NCBI GenBank assembly: GCA_013265495.1
Contig: MU058198.1
Coordinates: 2,430,419-2,494,418, forward strand
Length of the DNA: 64,000 nucleotides
Source: Vicugna vicugna
Taxonomy: Eukaryota
Reading direction: 5' to 3'
Under the pieces are notes generated by a model. The model made no database searches and was not told the origin of the DNA. It worked only from the letters and a program-made list of their open reading frames with translations. The position numbers and the translations under genes are program-made. This document shows positions 1 to 10,900 of the stretch, one piece after another. Within the stretch, counting starts at the first letter, position 1; every line of letters begins with the position of its first letter.

Positions 1-204
1 CCGGCCAGGTCCGGAATTCTTCATTCATTTATTCCGCCACCATTCAGTGTTAATTGGGAGCCAGCTACGTGCCGCAGATACGGCCCTGACCATTTGGTCA
101 GAGGAGGTGTCAGTAAGCACATAAGCTAAACCAGTAAATAAACAAGGGCCTTCCATTATGATCGCTTTAGAATCGTTGGGCTTGCGGGCAGAAAGAGATC
201 TTAG

Positions 205-300
205 CAGTCGCTACAGTTTCTTCATCTGTGAAATGGGGATAATAGAATTTCCTATCTCATAGGATCGTGGTGAGGGCTAAATAGGGTTAGACGGGAGAAG
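205..300 (+). mobile_element. MIR core fragment
   Basis: cagtttcttcatctgtgaaatggggataatag...ataggatcgtggtgagggctaaat is the MIR core motif. Confidence 0.75.
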
Positions 301-394
301 CCCCAGTTTGCAGCGTTTGATTGGTGACTGGGTCTCCTACCCTCTTATACTGGAAGAAAACATGTTGCTAAGGAGTAACAAACCTTCCTATGGG

Positions 395-599
395 TTGCAC
401 TTAGACTTTATTTAATCCTCACCACAGTTCTTTGGAGGTCGGTACTTTTATTATCCCCACTTTAAGGATGAAAATAGTGCACTGTATCAAGATCAAGCAA
501 CTCCAGGTGGGCGCTGCGTAGGAAGTAGCAGACCTGGGATTTGAACCTATGTAGTTCTGCTCCGTAGTGCGAGCTCTTACCCACTATACTATACTGCCT
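395..599 (-). mobile_element. MIR SINE with intact Pol III type-2 promoter, antisense in POLR3E intron 1
   Basis: - strand reads GGCAGTATAGTATAGTGGGTAAGAGC...GGTTCAAATCCCAG...AAAGTGGGGATAATAAAAGTACC...GTGAGGATTAAAT; A box 591-581, B box 547-537. Confidence 0.88.
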
Positions 600-654
600 T
601 TTATTAAGGGAGCTTGCAGCATATTCGTTAAGAATGAGAATAAGGATCTTTGAC

Positions 655-815
655 ACCAACTAGACAAGACTTCTGTCCTAGCTCTGCCATTCTCCAGCAC
701 TGTGACCTTGGGCAAGTTACTCTCTCAAGTTGTTTCCTCACTTCTTAATTGGGGATGATAACTGTTGATTTTTAGGGCTATTGAGCAGATTAAATGAGAA
801 TGCATGTTAAGTCCC
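655..815 (+). mobile_element. MIR fragment
   Basis: ctgtgaccttgggcaagttac...tttcctcacttcttaattggggatgataa...gattaaatgagaatgcatgt. Confidence 0.75.
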
Positions 816-2739
816 TACAGAAGGGAGGATCTGACTCTTGAGAGTTAATCCTTCTTGCCCCTAGGCCATCTCTGCCTTTAACTTAGATGAACACTGAGGT
901 GATCCAGAGAGGTAAAATGCCTTGTCTAGGGGGCACACAGCCAGTAAGAGTACAGACTTTGAGACTGTTTGCCGTGGGGCACTCTCCCCTTACGCCCATT
1001 ATATTTTGTCCTCACCCTCTCTAACTCCCTCCTGTATCTGAAGATTATTTGGAGTTGCCTCTGCTTTCTGACTGGCTGACAGGTTAGGTTCTTGGATGTA
1101 GCAAAGATGCACCTAGCTGTGGCCTTCAGAAACCACCTTAGATTCTCCTGGTTTCCTTGTCCCCTACCCATTTGTTGAACAGCCACCCTTTGGAGGATGT
1201 TTTCTGTGCCCAATGCCATGGAGCCACTGCCACAGAGTACTCTTGTGGTCACAGGACATCCTATAGAGGCCAAAGTAGTCATTGCTGCTGGGGAAGTTTG
1301 GCTAGTGGTGGCTGGGAGGCCTGTACCTGCCTGTAGGCCGCACCCCTCTCCGTTGTCAGGTGTCCAAGAGGCCCAAACTATGAGGCCGGCAGGCTCAGTG
1401 GGTTAAAGTCTGTAACCGCCTGATTTCATGCACTTGTTCGCTCATCTATCCTTTGTATTGAGTGTTTACTTCACGCCAGGCACTGATCTAGCTATTGAGA
1501 AAATAGCATGGATTTTTTTAAAAGGTAATAATCCCCATATCAACTTTACGAAGTAAATATAATCATCTCCATTTTATGGTTGAAGCACTGAGAGGCCCTC
1601 ATGAGGCTTCCATTCCAGTGCAGAAGACAGACAACACATAAGCAGATAGACTAGGTCGGTCCTGATTGTGATAAGAACCACGAAGGAAATAAAACGGCAT
1701 GTGGTAGTGACTGGAAACAGGTTTGGGGCGACCTGTCTACTCCTGGAGGGGGTGAGGGTGTTGATATCCAATGAACAGGAGCCAGCCTTGAAAAGCCCTG
1801 AGGACAACAGATGGTGTGCAGAGGTCCTGAGACAGGCTGGGGCTCAGCTTGTTGGAGGCCCAACAAGATCATACAGGACCTTGGGGCCATGCAGAGGAAT
1901 TTGAGTTTTATTCTATGTGGCAGTGGAAGGATTTTGAGCAAGGAAATGATGTGACTTACTTTTCTGCAAGGACAATTCTGGCTATTTCTGGGAGGACTGG
2001 AGGTAGGAAAGACTTGTTGGAGCAGGACTTTTCAAATTACAGGTCAAAAAATAAATTATTAAAAAAAACAAATTACAGATCAGGATTTATTCGTGGGATG
2101 TGAAATCAACTTAGGGGGATTGTAACCAGTATTTTCAATTTTAATGAGTGAGAGTGAAAAACATCACAGATAGTAGTGGCAGTTGCTGGTTACGTGAAAC
2201 CTGGTTTTAGTTAGGTCATTGTCTGTATATTCTGGGTCATTTATATGGAATTGATTTCTTACTGTGGGTCTTAGGCTGAAAAATGTGAAAGCCACTGAGT
2301 TGGGTGATGTTGGCTGGGACGGTGAGGGTTCCTGAAGCCCTCCCTGACTGAGGAGAGGCCAACAGGGAATGGCCGAGAAAGCCTATCTGTCAGGGATGAT
2401 TGTGTCTTGGGATCCTCCCAGGCCACACCCTCTTAGTACTTCTGGTCTGTTCCCTGGCTCACCTGGAAGTCCCCAGTCTCCCACTTGTCCACAGAGCCAG
2501 CTGCAGAGAAGGCAGGTTCCTAACATACAATTCTGGCCCTGGGCAGCTGGTGCAGATGGGGTGGGGTCCCTCTGGGCAGTAGCCGGCACCTAAAAACTGC
2601 CGACTTGGGGCTTGTGATTTTCATCCAGTCTTCTCACCCCTGACTGTCGGAGGTAGCCTGCTTCCCTCCGCTCTCTTCCTCTGCTCGGAGTGCTTTGGTA
2701 GCTCCCTAAAAACGGCACTCGTATATTCAGACTACATAC

Positions 2740-3480
2740 ACGTACTGAGTGCCTGCTGTGTGCTAGGCACTGGGGGGTACAGCAAGGGACAAAATAGACG
2801 AAAGTGTCTGCCCTCATGTAGCTTACCGCTTAGTGGGGGTGGGGACAAATACTAAACACAGAGCTATGTAAACTGCCACGTGGTAGTAGTGCTGTGGAGA
2901 AAACCAGAGCGGGGAGGAGCTGGCAGGGAGGAGCTGGCAGGGAGGGATGCTGCAGTTCTGAACTGGGGGCACGGGGAGGGTCTTAGCCATCAAGTAACAC
3001 CTGAGCAGAGGCCTGAAAGAGGTGAAGGAGGGAGCCATGAGGTGATGGGGGTAGAGCAGCTTCAAAGGCCCAGAGGAGAGGCGGGAGGGTGGCCTGTGGG
3101 AGAGGCAGTCTGAGAGGAAAGGGGCAGGAGAGGGTTGTTGAGGGCCTCACGTGGGATGGAAAAGACTTGAGCTTTCGTTCTGAGTGCGATGGGAGGACTT
3201 TGGAGTGACATGACCTGACGTGGCTTTCAAAAGAACGGCTGGCTGTGGGGTGAGCAGAGACCTTAAGGGGCACAGGTGGGAGCAGGGAGACCAGTTAGGA
3301 AGCCGCTGCTGGAAGGTGGGCGGAGATGGAGCTGGCTGGACTGGGGCGCTGGCGCTGGGGGCAGCCGGATTCCTGACATACTTTGAAGGCAGAACTGACA
3401 GGATTTGCGGCTTGGCGTGAGAGGAAGAGAGGTATGGAAGATGACGCCCATGCTTTGGCCTGAGCCATCTCAGAGTCTGG
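2740..3480 (-). mobile_element. L2 LINE remnant
   Basis: tactgagtgcctgctgtgtgctaggcactgggg...ctgccctcatgtagctta, followed by the purine-rich gacttgagctttcgttctgagtgcgatggg pattern typical of antisense L2 3' regions. Confidence 0.65.
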
Positions 3481-3746
3481 AAAGTGTGTCTGGAACAAGA
3501 GCGATGACTGCACCTTGTGGCTGGGGCGGTGTGGGGGGAGCTCACAGGATATTGAGTCCCCTGGCGGAAGTATTACGCTCGTTTAAGTATTAAACCATTC
3601 AGATGGTGAGTACATAAGACAAAAATCCAGCTGGTCTTACCCAAAAGGAGAGGTCTGGGAAGAACTGCTGAGATCTGAGGTGCCCAGGTGCCCTTCCAGC
3701 TGTGACCATCCCCTCCCTGACGTGGAGGGTCGGCCCAGCTGAGCTG

Positions 3747-4053
3747 CAGTCAGCCCTCCGTCTCCATGGGTCCAGCCAACCTCGGAAAGTTCCAAAAAGC
3801 AAAACTCGACTTTGCTCTGTGCCTGGCAACTATTTACATAGCATTTACGTTGTATTTCTACATGTAACTATCTACATAACACTTACATTATATTAGGTAT
3901 TGTAGATATTCTAGAGATGATTTAAAGTATGGGATGTGTGGGCAAGTACGCAAGTACTGTGCCATTTTATACAAGAGACTTGAGCATCCATAGAATTTAG
4001 TATCCCCGAGGATCTTGGAACCAGTCTCGCCCGCCCCTTCCCCACAGGGACAG
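3747..4053 (-). mobile_element. MER2-like (TcMar-Tigger) non-autonomous DNA transposon
   Basis: tatttacatagcatttac...tattaggtatt...ctagagatgatttaaagtat...gacttgagcatcc...tggaaccag matches the reverse of the MER2 consensus as I recall it. Confidence 0.7.
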
Positions 4054-4960
4054 TGTGCTCACCCTCTGTCACGGAGACCTGCAGCGTTCCCTCCTCCAGG
4101 CACTTGAAGTGCTTCCTGTTGTTCCTGGAATCCCTCCTCCCCTCTGCAGTCCTGGTTGTCCAAATCTTTCTGTCCTTCAGGGCCCAGCCCGAACGCCCCT
4201 CTTCTCTCCTCTCAGCTTCCCTACCTCTAGCTGTGACCTGAAGTTGGATGGCCTGGCGTTGACGTCCAGTGGGTCCTCTTGCTGTGGGGATTTGAGTAAG
4301 ACACAACAAAAGTGTCTCCGAATCCCAGTCTCCTTGTTATAAAACAGGGGCAATTAAGAGGAAAGTATGTGAAGAGGGTCATTTTTAGACATGAACACAC
4401 ACACAAAACCACAGAAAGGAGGTCATCTCACTCAGGGTTGGGGTTAAAGTCAGCTTCAAAATCAAACATAAGAGGTGGAGTCACCTGGGAACCCAAGCCT
4501 TGGGACTGTCTGCTCATCCTGCTGCGCCTCAGACTCTTGAAAGCTTCCCTGTTACTTCTCCAGTGTATTCATCATGGTTGTGGACTAGCCAGCCTCCATC
4601 CTCCTGCCTGGCAGTGAATTCTTCGTGAGTGATCAGAAAACCCCTAAAACCAATCACATATTCTTTCCCGTGGGTGTAGCTGACATGTGATGACTTGGAT
4701 TTACCTGTTTGCACCCATTGCGTAGTTGCTTCTGCCCCTTTTTGGGGGGGCCAGTGGGGTATACAGTGGGCTGCCCACTTTTGACTGTGTGATAGATGTA
4801 GAAATAAGATCAGTTTATGTTTGTCTTAAGCACCTCCCTCCCAGAGCAGGGCTGGTTGCAGAACAGGTGCCCAGGTTACATGGCTGACTGACTGACATCC
4901 AGGCCTCTTGCTCTCCTTGCAGATTGAGTCCGAGGACTGCGCGGCTGGCTCCGCCCTAGT

Positions 4961-4996
4961 ATGGCCAATGAAGAAGATGACCCAGTCGTGCAGGAG
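4961..4996 (+). CDS. POLR3E: POLR3E coding exon 1 (gene exon 2; exon starts at 4923)
   Basis: Acceptor ccttgcag/ at 4922, ATG at 4961, [12 protein letters not shown], donor GAG/gtaact. Confidence 0.95.
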
Positions 4997-7900
4997 GTAA
5001 CTGCTGTTCCCATCTTCTGCCAGGGTGGGGTCCCTCCCATCCATCCATCCTCAGGCCAGCCTGGGACCTGTGGGCATCCGCCATGCCTAGAACCTTCTTC
5101 CCCATGTACCTCCCTGGTTGACCCTTCACTTCCTTCAGGTGTCTGATCCAGTATCACCTCATCGGAGGATTCCCTGACCACCCTGCCTCGTGTGACCTTC
5201 TCCTACATACCTTTCCTAGCCCCTTGCTTTGGCCATGCCTTGCACTTGACCATAGCACTTCTCAGCCCCCAAACATAAGTCTCCTTCCACTAGAGTATAA
5301 GCTTCATGAGGGTGGCGATTTTGTTTTGTTCACCACTGTTTTTGCAAAGCCTAGCACTTAATAGATCACTCAGTGACTATTTGTTGAATGAATGAGCATT
5401 CATTCTTTCTGGGCTTACCCAGGTTTAGTCATTTGGCAGTTCTCTGGATCCATTGTGTGCTGGGGGCTGTGAGCAGTGAGCCAGGCAGTATCCCTGCCCT
5501 TAGGAAGCTTAGGATCTGTGGATTGAAACTGACAAAGAACGAGTCTTAGGATGCAGACACTGGGGAGGTATGTTCCAGAGTCAGCCCAGACAGGAACACA
5601 CCCTGGAGCCTCCATGCCTTTGCACATGCTGTTCCCTCCACCTAGAATTCCCTTCACACATGCCTCCCATGTGGCTGATGAGCCTTCTCTCATCCTTGAA
5701 GCCTGGAGGTGGGAGAGGGCATGGTTCAGAGGAAGAGCTAGGAAGCTGGAAGGTAAACTGCAGTGGGGCGGGGGCAGTAAGGGTTGAGAAGAAAGCAAGT
5801 AGGGCCATGAGAAGAAAGCAAGTAGGGCCAGGTCGGTGCACCTTAAGACAGATGACAGGCTGATCCAAGACAGGTGATGGAGGCCCAGGGAGGAAGCCCT
5901 CCCCTGCCCCGTCCTCATCAGATAAGCCTTTAATCAGGCTCTAGGGTGCATCCTGATCTGGGCAGCCCCAGGGAATGCATTTTTTATTGGATTACAGTGA
6001 ACCTGGGCTGGTGACCCTGGACATACCTAGATTGGAGACTCAGTTTCCTCTGTTTTTAGCATCAGCAGATTGATTTCCTCCTCCCCGAAACTGCCTCTAG
6101 GGGCCACTACCCCTTACCTGAAATTTGAGGAGCATGCGCATGCCTGGGGCAGATCAGGCACTGGTTTCTGTCTCCTGGTTAAGTCTTCTTCCCTTGTTCC
6201 AGATCGACGTGTACTTGGCCAAAAGTCTGGCAGAGAAGCTCTATCTGTTTCAGGTAATTATGGGACATAAAGGTAAAGGGGGGAGAAAGCAAGTGTTGGT
6301 GGGTGGTGGAGACTTAGTAAGCGATGGGCGAGGAACAGTGGGAGTTCTTGGCGCAGAGGTTGTGATAAGACAGTCTGTTTGCTTTTACGGGCAGGTCGAT
6401 AGTAGTCTCTCATTTTTAAAGTGGGAAAGCCAAGGCAACTCTGAGAGGCAGACCGCGTAGTGGATGAACTTGGGCTTGCCAGCACCGAGGCCCAGCTCCA
6501 ATGCGACTTAGCTGCAGGCCCTTGCCCGGGGAAGTTCTTTAAAAAAAAGCCTCCCTGTGTCTTAGTTTTTTTGTCTGCAAAATAGTGATAGTAGCAATAC
6601 CCGATGACAGGGTCCCCTTGGGGATTGGATGAATCAATTTTTTGTTCGTTTTATGATGAGTAGATGATTAGGTTTATTTGTTTATTTGTAACAGAGGGGC
6701 TGGGGATTGAACCCAGGACCTCGCACATGCTAAGCATGCTCTCTACCATTTGAGCTATACCTTCTTCCCTGGATAAGTCTATCTTGAAGTGCTTTGAATG
6801 CTGCTTGAGAATGAGGACCACCGCTGTTATTGAGGCTCAAGGAGGGGCTTTCAGGGGCAGCCTCTGGGCAGCATGGGTGACCCTTGATTTCCAGCTGTGA
6901 GTCCCCCCAGTTTTTACGCCCGCCCCCTCCCCTGGGCTGGGCCAGTAGTTCATCATGCTCACGAGTATCACTCACATACTGTATGCAGGCACTTGTTTAA
7001 GCATTTTACGTATGTTAACTCACTTCATCCCACAATACCCCTGTGGTGGTGATTATTATTGTAATTTTATAACAGCTTCATTGAGATCTAATCCACACCA
7101 TGCAAGTTCCCCACTTAAGTGTAAATGCAATGGATTTTAGTCTAGTCACAGGGGGTGTGACCAGCACCAGTCTATTTTAAGAAGTGTTTGCAGCTGCCGC
7201 CTGGACCCCCTTCCCTACCTGCGGTCCTAGGCAACCGTTAACCTATTTTCTGTCTCTGTGGATTTGCCTGTTGTGGACATTTCACAGAAGTGGAGTCGTA
7301 TAATATGTGGCCTTTCTTGCCTGGCTTTTTTATGTAGCATGTTTTCAAGGTTCACCCATGTTATATCGTGGATCAGTCCCTCACTCCTGTTTATGGATGA
7401 GTATACTCCAGTGTGTGGATATATACACACCACATTTTGTTTACCTGTGCATCAGTTGATGGATATTTGGGTTGTTTCCATGGCTGGGCTATTATGGATA
7501 ATGCTGCTGTGAACATTCCTGTCCAAGTGTTTGTGTGGGGATGTTCTCATTTCTCTTGGGCATATACCTGGGAGTGGAATTCCTGGGTCCTATAGAAACA
7601 GTGTTTAATATTTTGAGGAACTATTTTGCACCACTTTACATTCCCAGCAGTCAGGTTATTAAGTGTTTTTGTCCCCATGTTGCATATGAGAAAACGAGGC
7701 ACAGGGAGGCTAGTAACCTGCACAGGGGGCCTGGGACAGGGTGGCAGGAGCCGCCGTGTGTGCTGGGGAGAGGCCTGGCACCCGTCCCCAGGCATCTGTC
7801 TTCACAGGCTTTGGGGCTGGGGCCTGGCTGGCCTCGTGCACCTGCTTCCTTGGCCAACAGCAGAGTGATGGTGGAAAGGGTGGTGGTGACAGTGGACCCA

Positions 7901-10900
7901 TGTGTGTTCATGGGGTGCCGGGCCCCGTGCCGGATGTCAGCTCCATTTGCCTCTTTCCCTGCTCCTAGTGGCCTTGGGAGGCGAGGACACCCATGCTTGG
8001 GGAGGCGAGGAGCTTGCCTGAGTACCCAAGGAGCAAGTGGCAGTTAGGGCTGGAACCCAGACTGGTCTGATTCCAGAACCTGTGTCCCTCCCTACCATTC
8101 TTCCCAGAGACCGGGAAATTGCATAGCTGCCCCGGACCTTGGCAGACCAGGGGCCTCCCGGGCTGTCATGGGCCAGCCTGTCCCAGCCTAGGGCTCAGTC
8201 CAGACCAGCTGTGCCTCAGGCCATTCCTGGACCTAAGCTCCAAGTTCCTGCCCCAAGCTCCAGCCCAGGAAGCAGGAAGGAGTCACTGTGTTGCTATTTA
8301 AGTGAGCTTTTAGGAAACAGCCATTTCCGTGAGATGCAATGTAGCTGATCTCAAGCAGCCCCCACAAAGGAGGGCGTGCTTTACACACTGCCACCCCTCC
8401 ACCAGGCTCATTCTGAAGGCTGTCGTGGTGGCAGCAGTGACAGCCACAGCTTTTTGAAAGTAGCCCCAAACCATGAGTCATCCACGCACCCAGTAGTGTA
8501 TGTGCAGCACGAGAGAAAGAAAGGAAAAGTGTGTCTGTGGGTACTGATGTGGAAGGATGTCCCCAGTGTGTTCAGAGCAGAGAAGCGATTTTCAAGCAGT
8601 ATGTTCAGGTGTGACATAAAATAACCTCACCCCTAATGACGCTGTGTCTCAGAGAGGGCTGTCTGAGCAGGTCAGTTGTAGACCAGCTCCCTTTCTGTCT
8701 TCAAATTGTTATTACAGAAAAGCCCACACACCAGCAACAGGAGAGAGACCTTCCTCTGCCCACCCACTTCTGCCCGGGGGTCCCGTTCATCCAGCGGGGC
8801 TTCGCGAGAACCCCACCCCTGCCCTTACAGTAGAGTGTAGAGCCCCCTCCCTCTTGGCTGGTGTAGAATAGCCAATATTGTATGTAGTGCGGCGTGCTTT
8901 TCTGTGATGGCGAGTGGGTAGGGGGTGGCGGGCTTCGCGCAGCCGTCTGTCCCCAAATCTGCCTGCGGCGGCCCGTGCTGTGTTTCGTGCTGTGTCACGC
9001 GCTGCGGCGACCCCCTCCCGCGTACTGACTCCTATAAGCGCTTCTCTTTGCATAGTCACGTAGCTCCCCACCCCCCTTCCTGTATCTCACGCAAGTTTTA
9101 TACTCTAATATAAATTAGAGAGAGAATGAGATGGTGGTTCTCACAGATCCGTCGCGCGGCGTCAGTAGTGAGTGGCGTTTGGGCCTTGTTTTCCCTCTTG
9201 GCTTCCTGTGGTCTCCTGTCACTGGTCCTTCTCTACCTGCATGGCCTGTAAACTGGCAGTTAGACCTCACCCTCTTACCCTGACTCGCCCAGCGGTGCTC
9301 TGGGGCCACGTGCGCCGGGGCCTGCTTGGGTTCCTGATGCCTAGGCGTATCCCTCTGAAGCCAAAGACATCTGACAGCCGCCCTTTGGAAGGAAGCTAGG
9401 TGGAGCTAGGGAGAAGGGGGTGCAGATGGAAACCAGCAGGGGCCTCTGGGCTCGGGTGTGGGGTCGGGGTGAAAGGTGGCTATTGATTCTTGGCCAGAGG
9501 CCCAGAGCCCAGCTCTGGTCAGGCAGACTGACGACTCCCTTCCCCTCCCCAGTACCCTGTGCGTCCAGCCTCAATGACCTACGATGACATTCCTCACCTC
9601 TCAGCCAAGATCAAGCCCAAGCAGCAGAAGGTGGGGCTGCCTGTTTGATTGGGCGGGTGGGGGGCCAACAGGGTGGGAGCTGGAAGAAGCCAGGAGACAG
9701 GCCTTTGGGGACTGGAAGCCCAGAGGAGTGATTGGAGAGATAGGAAGAAAAAGCAGCCGCTTACAGGGCCTTGAAAGCTGAGGAAGGAAGGAATTCCAGA
9801 AAGAAAGGGAGTGGGCAGCCCTAGAGAGGCCAGGGAGGAGTGAGGCTTCAGATGAATTAGAGAACGAGATGGCGTGGACAGAATAAGGCCTGATGGGGGA
9901 TCTCCTGCTTCTGGGCAGGGTCAGGATTGGCAGGGGCTGGGGTTAGGAGGTGGCCATGGCGGGGTTGGGGGATCCCCTGAGGACTGTGCCTTGGGGTCCT
10001 CATAGCTGGTGGGGTGCGTGGTGCCTCCAGGTGGAGCTTGAGATGGCCATCGACACCCTGAATCCCAACTATTGCCGCAGCAAAGGGGAGCAGATCGCGC
10101 TGAACGTGGATGGCGCCTGCGCCGACGAGACCAGCACATACTCCTCGTGAGTTCCCTGGGCCTCAGGCCTCTGAGCTCCCCTTTCTTCAAGTATGAGCCT
10201 TCCAAAGCCCTTGGAGACATCTAGGCCCTGTGCCCCATTGCTGGTCTCCCCACCAGCATCCCACCTTTGCACAACTGGACCTGGCTCAGACCCGTCCCCG
10301 TGGGAAACTTCTCTCCTGAGATGGCTCCCCTGACCAAGGTCTTCCTGGGCCGAGCAGAAACCTGGGAGTGGGAGCTGCCACCCACTGCTTGTCTCTTGGG
10401 CCACAGACAAGGTTTCCTCATCCCCAGCTTCCCTCCTGCAGCACGTGTAGCCTGTCCTGTGGTCTTGGTCCCTGGCTTTTGGATTTTAGGGTTGGGGTGG
10501 AGGGGGCTGTGCCTGCCAGGCCTGAGCCTGGAGCTTCCTTCCTCGCAACATCCGTTCTCACTGTGCTTCTAGGAAGCTGATGGACAAGCAGACATTCTGC
10601 TCTTCCCAGACCACCAGTAACACGTCCCGTTACGCTGCTGCGCTGTACAGGCAAGGTACCCACGCTGGGCATCCCGGGCTGCTGGGGTCGTGGCTGGGAA
10701 TGGTTCTTGGCCTGGTCTGGTGGTCCTATGGCTCTGGGATTGGGGGCTAGAGCAGAGATAGGAGGTAGTTCGGCCGTGGGCTGAAGCCTTCAGGGGAGTC
10801 CGAGGCCCTTGGTGACTCCCTTGAGTCAAGCTGGGTGGGTCAGCCTCAGCTCCTAGAGTCAGGTCCAAGCCCATCTTCCTCTGCCAGGTGAGCTCCACCT

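Noticed and set aside
6690..6765. tRNA-Ala-like sequences (this copy and four others)
   Set aside because: They have A-rich tails, TSDs and divergent stems, so they are SINEs and not tRNA genes.
8900..9030. Possible C/D-box snoRNA (GTGATGG...CTGA) in the intron-3 island
   Set aside because: The C box is imperfect, I see no terminal stem, and I cannot identify a guide sequence.
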